Shown here: positions 57,694 to 64,000 of the stretch, piece after piece | Layout of the letters: every line of letters begins with the position of its first letter | Numbering within the stretch: position 1 is the first letter of the stretch | The notes under the pieces: model-generated | What the model saw: the letters and a program-made list of their open reading frames with translations, nothing else | Databases searched by the model: none | What the model was told of the DNA's origin: nothing | Source of the DNA: a bacterium | Lineage (GTDB): Bacteria > Patescibacteriota > Microgenomatia > Levybacterales > UBA12049 | DNA: 64,000 nt | Assembly: GCA_021777565.1 (NCBI GenBank) | Contig: JAJYDJ010000002.1 | Location: 69,082 to 133,081, forward strand | Reading direction: 5' to 3' | Program-made: the position numbers and the translations under genes

Positions 57694-59433
57694 ATGACAT
57701 CCCAACAAACCATACGTAATTTTGCCATTATTGCCCATATTGACCATGGTAAATCGACCCTCTCAGATCGTTTTTTGGAACTGACAGGCACAATTGAGCA
57801 CGACAAACTGGTTAGGCAAGAGCAGTTTTTAGACCAAAATCCCATTTCCAGAGAACGTGGGATTACTATTAAACTGGCTCCGGTGCGCATGAAGTATCGC
57901 TATCATGAGAGTGAATACGCACTTAATCTGATTGATACGCCAGGTCACGTGGATTTTTCATACGAAGTATCTCGTACTTTGGCTGCGTGTGAAGGGGCAA
58001 TCCTATTGGTCGATGCCACGAAAGGGGTACAGGCACAAACTGTAGCCCACTTGAGAGAAGCCAGAAAACAAAATCTTGTTATTATTCCTGCTATCAACAA
58101 GATCGATGCCCCGATGGCAATGCCAGAAAAGACAGTGAAGCAACTTGAACTGCTCGGCTTTGCAAAAGAGCAGATGAGCTTTATTTCAGCTCGAACTGGT
58201 GAAGGCGTGCAGGATCTTTTAAACAGAGTAGTTGATCAGCTGCCAGCGCCAATAGGAGTAGAGCAGAACAGTCTTCGGGCACTCGTTTTTGATGCGGTGT
58301 ATGACGAGCATCGTGGTGTCATCGCCTTTGTACGTATTGTAGATGGCAGTTTAAAAACAGGGGACAGCATCCGTTTTATGCAGAGTGATGAAAGAACAAA
58401 CGTTCTGGATTGTGGTATTTTTACTCCAAGTCTTCTCACACAAGGGCAGTTGACCACCGGAGCTATTGGATATGTTGTTACTGGAATTAAAGATATTAGA
58501 AAAGCGAGGGTAGGAGATACTATCACTGTCTTTGGCCCGCAAGCAGCGAGTGAACCACTCCCTGGATATAGCACCCCGAAACCAATGGTGTTTTTTGGGA
58601 TTTATCCTCGCAGTACTGATGAATTATTGCTTCTAAGGCAATCAATTGAAAAACTTGCGCTTATGGATGCATCGATTACGTATCACGAAGAATATTCATC
58701 TTTCCTTGGGAGTGGGTTCCGTGTCGGATTTTTAGGTTTGCTGCATGCAGATATTTTCAAGCAACGTTTAGTAAGAGAGTTTCATGTAGATCCATTATTT
58801 ACGCTCCCTCAAGTGCTCTATGAAAAAAATGCAGAAGGTAATTTTGAAGAGCCATTTATGCGACTGACTATATTAGTCCCGACCGACTATGTGGGCGGTG
58901 TGATGACGGTGTGTCAGAAAAAACGTGGGGAGCTAACAGGCATGGAATATCAGGATACGAACGTGACTCTTACGTATGAGATGCCATATGCGTCCTTTCT
59001 CAAAGGATTATCACCGGACTTAAAATCAGTCTCCGCGGGATATGCGAGTATTGATTACGAAACGATTGGTTATCGAACCGCTGACCTTGTCCCACTTGAA
59101 GTGCGAGTAAACGATGTCCCTGTTGATGTATTGTCGGAGTATGCGTATCGGGATGAAGCAGAATATCTTGGGCGTGAAAAAGTAGCCAAGCTCAAAGAAG
59201 CGCTTCCTCGCCAGCAGATTAGACAAATCCTCCAGTGTGCAATTTATGGGAAAATTGTTGCGCGTGAAGATATTCCACCCTACCGTAAAGACGTGTTAGC
59301 CAAGATGAGTGGAGGAGATAGAACACGAAAAGACAAACTTTTGGAAGCGCAGAAAAAAGGCAAAAAGAAGATGCAGACAATTTCAAAGATTGATATTCCA
59401 CAGGAAGCATTATTTGGATTGTTAAATACTTAA
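57694..59433 (+). CDS. lepA: Elongation factor 4
   Basis: IRNFAIIAHIDHGKSTLSDR and DTPGHVDF are present, and the length matches LepA. Confidence 0.95.
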   Translation: MTSQQTIRNFAIIAHIDHGKSTLSDRFLELTGTIEHDKLVRQEQFLDQNPISRERGITIKLAPVRMKYRYHESEYALNLIDTPGHVDFSYEVSRTLAACEGAILLVDATKGVQAQTVAHLREARKQNLVIIPAINKIDAPMAMPEKTVKQLELLGFAKEQMSFISARTGEGVQDLLNRVVDQLPAPIGVEQNSLRALVFDAVYDEHRGVIAFVRIVDGSLKTGDSIRFMQSDERTNVLDCGIFTPSLLTQGQLTTGAIGYVVTGIKDIRKARVGDTITVFGPQAASEPLPGYSTPKPMVFFGIYPRSTDELLLLRQSIEKLALMDASITYHEEYSSFLGSGFRVGFLGLLHADIFKQRLVREFHVDPLFTLPQVLYEKNAEGNFEEPFMRLTILVPTDYVGGVMTVCQKKRGELTGMEYQDTNVTLTYEMPYASFLKGLSPDLKSVSAGYASIDYETIGYRTADLVPLEVRVNDVPVDVLSEYAYRDEAEYLGREKVAKLKEALPRQQIRQILQCAIYGKIVAREDIPPYRKDVLAKMSGGDRTRKDKLLEAQKKGKKKMQTISKIDIPQEALFGLLNT

Positions 59434-60302
59434 AGCGCTAAAAGAAGAATACCTCCAACTGTTATAAGTGCTCCGACAATTCCAGTTCCAATAATAATCT
59501 CAGATGGTCCGGTACTCGGAAGTTGTTTGGTCCCTGTTGGAGACGGGGTTGCAACTGATTTTGTCGGTGTCGCTGACGTCGACGAGGATGGCGTAACGGT
59601 TACACCACCGCCAGTACCACCACCAGTACCTCCACCCGTTCCTCCGCCACCGCTTGTGGGTTGTGTTGGGACTGGTGTCTCAGTTGGTGTTGGTGCACCG
59701 GTTGGTCCTGGTGTCGGAGTTGGGACAGGGAGAATTGTAATGCTTGCATCATTTGCACTAGCGAGTACATTCTCTGCAGGTTGATCAGAACTTGCGATAG
59801 AGAGAATTTGGGTATTACTCTGATCAAATCGCAGAATTGGTGTGAGATTAGTATCTGTTGGCGAGGCTGCGGTGAAGTTAAGGTTGCCAATCAGGATCTG
59901 ACTTGAACCAGTGAGTGGTCGTCCGGTTGCGCCGATAGACATAGTGACCTTTACTTCACAGATATTTGACTGGCATGAGACCGTTGGGCCATCAAGAGTG
60001 GTAGGAAGTTGTGCTTGATAATCCGTCAAGACTGATGCAGAACTTGCTACCGATAGCTTGTCACTATCATAGGTAATGCCTAATCGAACAAAAGAAACAA
60101 CGTTGTTGTTTGGCGTTACATAGATCCCTACACGCACAGTATCACCCACATAAAACTGCTTCGTTAGTCCAAAAGAGAGAGTAGTAGATTTGGCAGCACC
60201 AATTTGACGCGACGTCTGTTGTTGCAAGAACATAATAGTGACGGGGACGGCAAGAAGTACTAGGAGGAATCCACCAAGCAAAAATAGTCTACCACGTGAC
60301 AT
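59430..60302 (-). CDS. Surface protein with a Gly/Thr-rich repeat and a C-terminal LPSTG sorting-signal-like motif
   Basis: The sequence ends ...KQLPSTGPSEIIIGTGIVGALITVGGILLLAL. A (GGGT)n tract is present. Confidence 0.55.
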   Translation of the reverse strand: MSRGRLFLLGGFLLVLLAVPVTIMFLQQQTSRQIGAAKSTTLSFGLTKQFYVGDTVRVGIYVTPNNNVVSFVRLGITYDSDKLSVASSASVLTDYQAQLPTTLDGPTVSCQSNICEVKVTMSIGATGRPLTGSSQILIGNLNFTAASPTDTNLTPILRFDQSNTQILSIASSDQPAENVLASANDASITILPVPTPTPGPTGAPTPTETPVPTQPTSGGGGTGGGTGGGTGGGVTVTPSSSTSATPTKSVATPSPTGTKQLPSTGPSEIIIGTGIVGALITVGGILLLAL

Positions 60303-60384
60303 ACATCCATCGTATGAGATATATATAGTACTGTCAAGGAAGTGAGGCCGTTTTGAAACTTAATAGAAAAGAGACTGAGGGTAG

Positions 60385-60413
60385 TTGACCTCAAAATCTC
60401 TTTTGAGTATAAT
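60385..60413 (+). promoter_or_regulatory. Sigma-70-type promoter of groES-groEL with an inverted repeat in the spacer
   Basis: TTGACC (60385-60390), a 17-nt spacer and TATAAT (60408-60413) are present. The spacer is CTCAAAA-TCTC-TTTTGAG. Confidence 0.6.
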
Positions 60414-60439
60414 TTGAGCAGTCTTCAATAAATTTTACT

Positions 60440-60727
60440 ATGACTGTAACACCACTTTTTGATAATGTTTTAATTGAGCCGCTAGAGAGCGAAACTCAGA
60501 CCGCATCTGGACTCTATTTGCCTGACAACGCTAAAGAAAAACCTCAGATGGGTAAAGTTGTCGCTGTTGGGAAAGGGAAAGTACATCCTGATGGGAAAGT
60601 AACTGCTATGGTCGTCACCGTTGGTCAGACTGTTGTGTACAAGCAGTGGGGTGGCACCGAGGTAAAAGTCGATGGAAAAGATATGAAACTGGTAAGTCAG
60701 GAGGATATCCTGGCAGTCGTTGCATAA
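60440..60727 (+). CDS. groES: Co-chaperonin GroES
   Basis: LFDNVLIEPLE...GKVVAVG is the GroES pattern. Confidence 0.95.
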   Translation: MTVTPLFDNVLIEPLESETQTASGLYLPDNAKEKPQMGKVVAVGKGKVHPDGKVTAMVVTVGQTVVYKQWGGTEVKVDGKDMKLVSQEDILAVVA

Positions 60728-62371
<1,644 letters not shown>

Positions 62372-62394
62372 ATTATACCTGCTATACTTACTTC

Positions 62395-63249
62395 ATGCCT
62401 CTGTGGTTACTTTTTACGCTGTTAAGTATCTTAGGTTGGTCCTTTGGTGAGTTTTTTGCCAAGAAGGGGTTTGATGATGTCACGCCTGTCTGGACAAATA
62501 TCATCGCTTGCTGGCTGGGATTTTTGGTATATCTTCCGATTATTTTCATTTTTGGCAGGTCTTCACTGGTTCCGATAAATGGAGTAAATATTGTGTTCAT
62601 TACTATCGCGTGCATATGCTATCTGAGTTATTTTTATGCTCTTTCTAAAGGCAAGCTTGCCCTTACTACAACAGTGCTTTCAACCTACCCTTTGGTGACC
62701 ATCGTTTGTGCACAGCTTTTCTTGCATGAGCACGTCACCTTGCCTCAGACGATTGGTATTGGTCTTATTCTCGTAAGTGTCGTGGCACTTGGTATACAAG
62801 AGGCTTTACTCCAAAAAGAACGATTTGTCTGGGGGAACTGGCTTCTATGGGGATTTTTTGCTGCATTTCTCAACGGGATCGCAGACTTTCTTAATAAAGT
62901 GGTGATAAATCAAGTTGGCGCGTTTTCTCAGTCACTTGCATTTATTCTCATTATCCAGTTTGTATGTCTTGGGAATTACCTCTGGGACAAAAAGGGAAGG
63001 AAGCTTCCAAAATTGAACCTGAGACACCTCTTCCCGACACTTGTTGGAGGATTGCTTGTTGCTGCTGGCACTATGGCCATGCTTTTTGCCTTCCAATATG
63101 GACCGGCTACCGTCGTAGCTCCGGCAACTTCGGCATATGTTGTCGTCACGATCCTTTTGTCTTTTATTTTCTTGAAAGAGAAGGTAAGTTCTATACAGTT
63201 TTTGCTTATGGTGACGACCCTTTTAGGGGTGTTCTTACTAAGTCGATAA
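62395..63249 (+). CDS. EamA/DMT-superfamily transporter
   Basis: There are 10 TM helices in a two-fold EamA-like arrangement. Confidence 0.65.
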   Translation: MPLWLLFTLLSILGWSFGEFFAKKGFDDVTPVWTNIIACWLGFLVYLPIIFIFGRSSLVPINGVNIVFITIACICYLSYFYALSKGKLALTTTVLSTYPLVTIVCAQLFLHEHVTLPQTIGIGLILVSVVALGIQEALLQKERFVWGNWLLWGFFAAFLNGIADFLNKVVINQVGAFSQSLAFILIIQFVCLGNYLWDKKGRKLPKLNLRHLFPTLVGGLLVAAGTMAMLFAFQYGPATVVAPATSAYVVVTILLSFIFLKEKVSSIQFLLMVTTLLGVFLLSR

Positions 63250-63290
63250 CAAGCTTGTTTTCAGGCACAGTTATGCTATACTGGTGACGA

Positions 63291-64000
63291 ATGAAAACCA
63301 TAATCGCGCGAGTAAGAGAACATGCCCGTGACGTCCTCAAGGATTCTTCAGACATACTGACCTTGGATACAAAAGCAATTGATACCAATCTTATCCCACG
63401 ACTTGAAGAGCTCCACAAGGTGTGGACAAAGCTTCCTTTTACCAGAGGCCATCGACCGTTTGACCAGGACCTTGGACTTGTCGTGTTTTACAACGTCATG
63501 AATTTTTGTTTTCAGGACCCAAAAACCAAACATGAATATACCTACACTACCCAAGCAGGGAAAAAGTTGACACGCTCAACAGCCTTTTTTGATGCTCTTT
63601 CCGAGGCACCTGTTGACTGGAACGATCCAAAAGCAGTGCGCCGCATAACTCTTGAGAAATGGATGAAATGGACACAGCAATCAGATAAGAATGTGTTATA
63701 TATGGGCAAAGAGCGTCTAGAAAAGGCAATAGGATTTGCCAACTTTCTTATAGAAAAAGGATATCCATCAGTGGTTGCTTTTGTTGAGGCCGATCAACTG
63801 GATGCACAAAACATGATATATGCCTTTATCGAAAGTGGATACTACGGAGATGAGTTCCTAAAGCGTGCGCAGCTTACTATTCGTTCGATTAATGAAATTA
63901 TGATTGCGCACAGGCACCTCCATATCAAAAGAGTGGAGCTTTTAACCTGTATGGCAGACTATCGTCTTCCACAGGTGTTTTATAATACCGGCGTTGTCCT
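63291..64000 (+). CDS. Hypothetical protein, 3' partial because the reading frame is open to the window end (possibly DUF2419/Qng1-like queuosine-salvage family)
   Basis: The ATG at 63291 has no stop through position 64000. The family suggestion comes from memory of a DYRxPQ-type C-terminal motif and is weak. Confidence 0.35.
   Translation, partial: MKTIIARVREHARDVLKDSSDILTLDTKAIDTNLIPRLEELHKVWTKLPFTRGHRPFDQDLGLVVFYNVMNFCFQDPKTKHEYTYTTQAGKKLTRSTAFFDALSEAPVDWNDPKAVRRITLEKWMKWTQQSDKNVLYMGKERLEKAIGFANFLIEKGYPSVVAFVEADQLDAQNMIYAFIESGYYGDEFLKRAQLTIRSINEIMIAHRHLHIKRVELLTCMADYRLPQVFYNTGVV

Noticed and set aside
59527-59784. An ORF encoding PPVPPPVPPPV repeats
   Set aside because: It is the reverse-complement reading of the (GGGT)n Gly/Thr repeat tract of the LPSTG protein on the other strand.
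60303-60439. A CIRCE heat-shock operator upstream of groES
   Set aside because: I looked specifically for TTAGCACTC-N9-GAGTGCTAA and did not find it. Only the unrelated CTCAAAA/TTTTGAG palindrome is present (reported as a finding).

Overview
By eye the window is moderately AT-rich. It is densely coded, with short intergenic gaps, many overlapping start/stop junctions, several TTG/GTG starts, and TGA used as a normal stop. Gene content points to a reduced-genome bacterium with a Gram-positive-type envelope (FemAB, LCP, MurJ, LPXTG-type proteins), most likely a Patescibacteria/CPR (Saccharibacteria-like) chromosome. This lineage call is inference from gene content only.

The segment spans the classical replication-origin neighbourhood: dnaA and dnaN on the minus strand, rpmH-rnpA-yidD-yidC-jag on the plus strand. 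Most of the remainder is housekeeping (pgk, fba, valS, ruvCAB, glmS, dnaG-rpoD, pcrA, tpiA, lepA, groESL and others).

The non-routine content is:
1. A type IV secretion (conjugation-like) cluster at 1..8028, directly abutting dnaN. It has a VirB6/TrbL-like polytopic membrane protein, four paralogous VirB2/TrbC-like hairpin pilin domains (one fused to a 560-aa Cys-rich extracellular protein), a PrgI/VirB3-like protein with a long Pro/Thr-rich linker and a C-terminal beta-sandwich-like domain, and a VirB4 ATPase split into two ORFs.
2. A Ni-superoxide dismutase (sodN) with its SodX maturation peptidase.
3. A roughly 11-kb surface-glycopolymer locus: LCP ligase, a YYY/DUF2298 membrane protein, a PMT/ArnT-like GT-C, two paralogous HPDER-motif GT-C proteins, an epimerase, a HAD hydrolase and an FAD oxidoreductase.
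4. Two LPSTG-type surface proteins with no charged C-terminal tail.
5. PilN/PilO-like genes without PilM.
6. Two clusters of DnaA-box-like motifs: one in the dnaA-dnaN spacer and a denser one about 10 kb away, between fba and pgk.

No rRNA, tRNA, CRISPR array or transposase was recognised.
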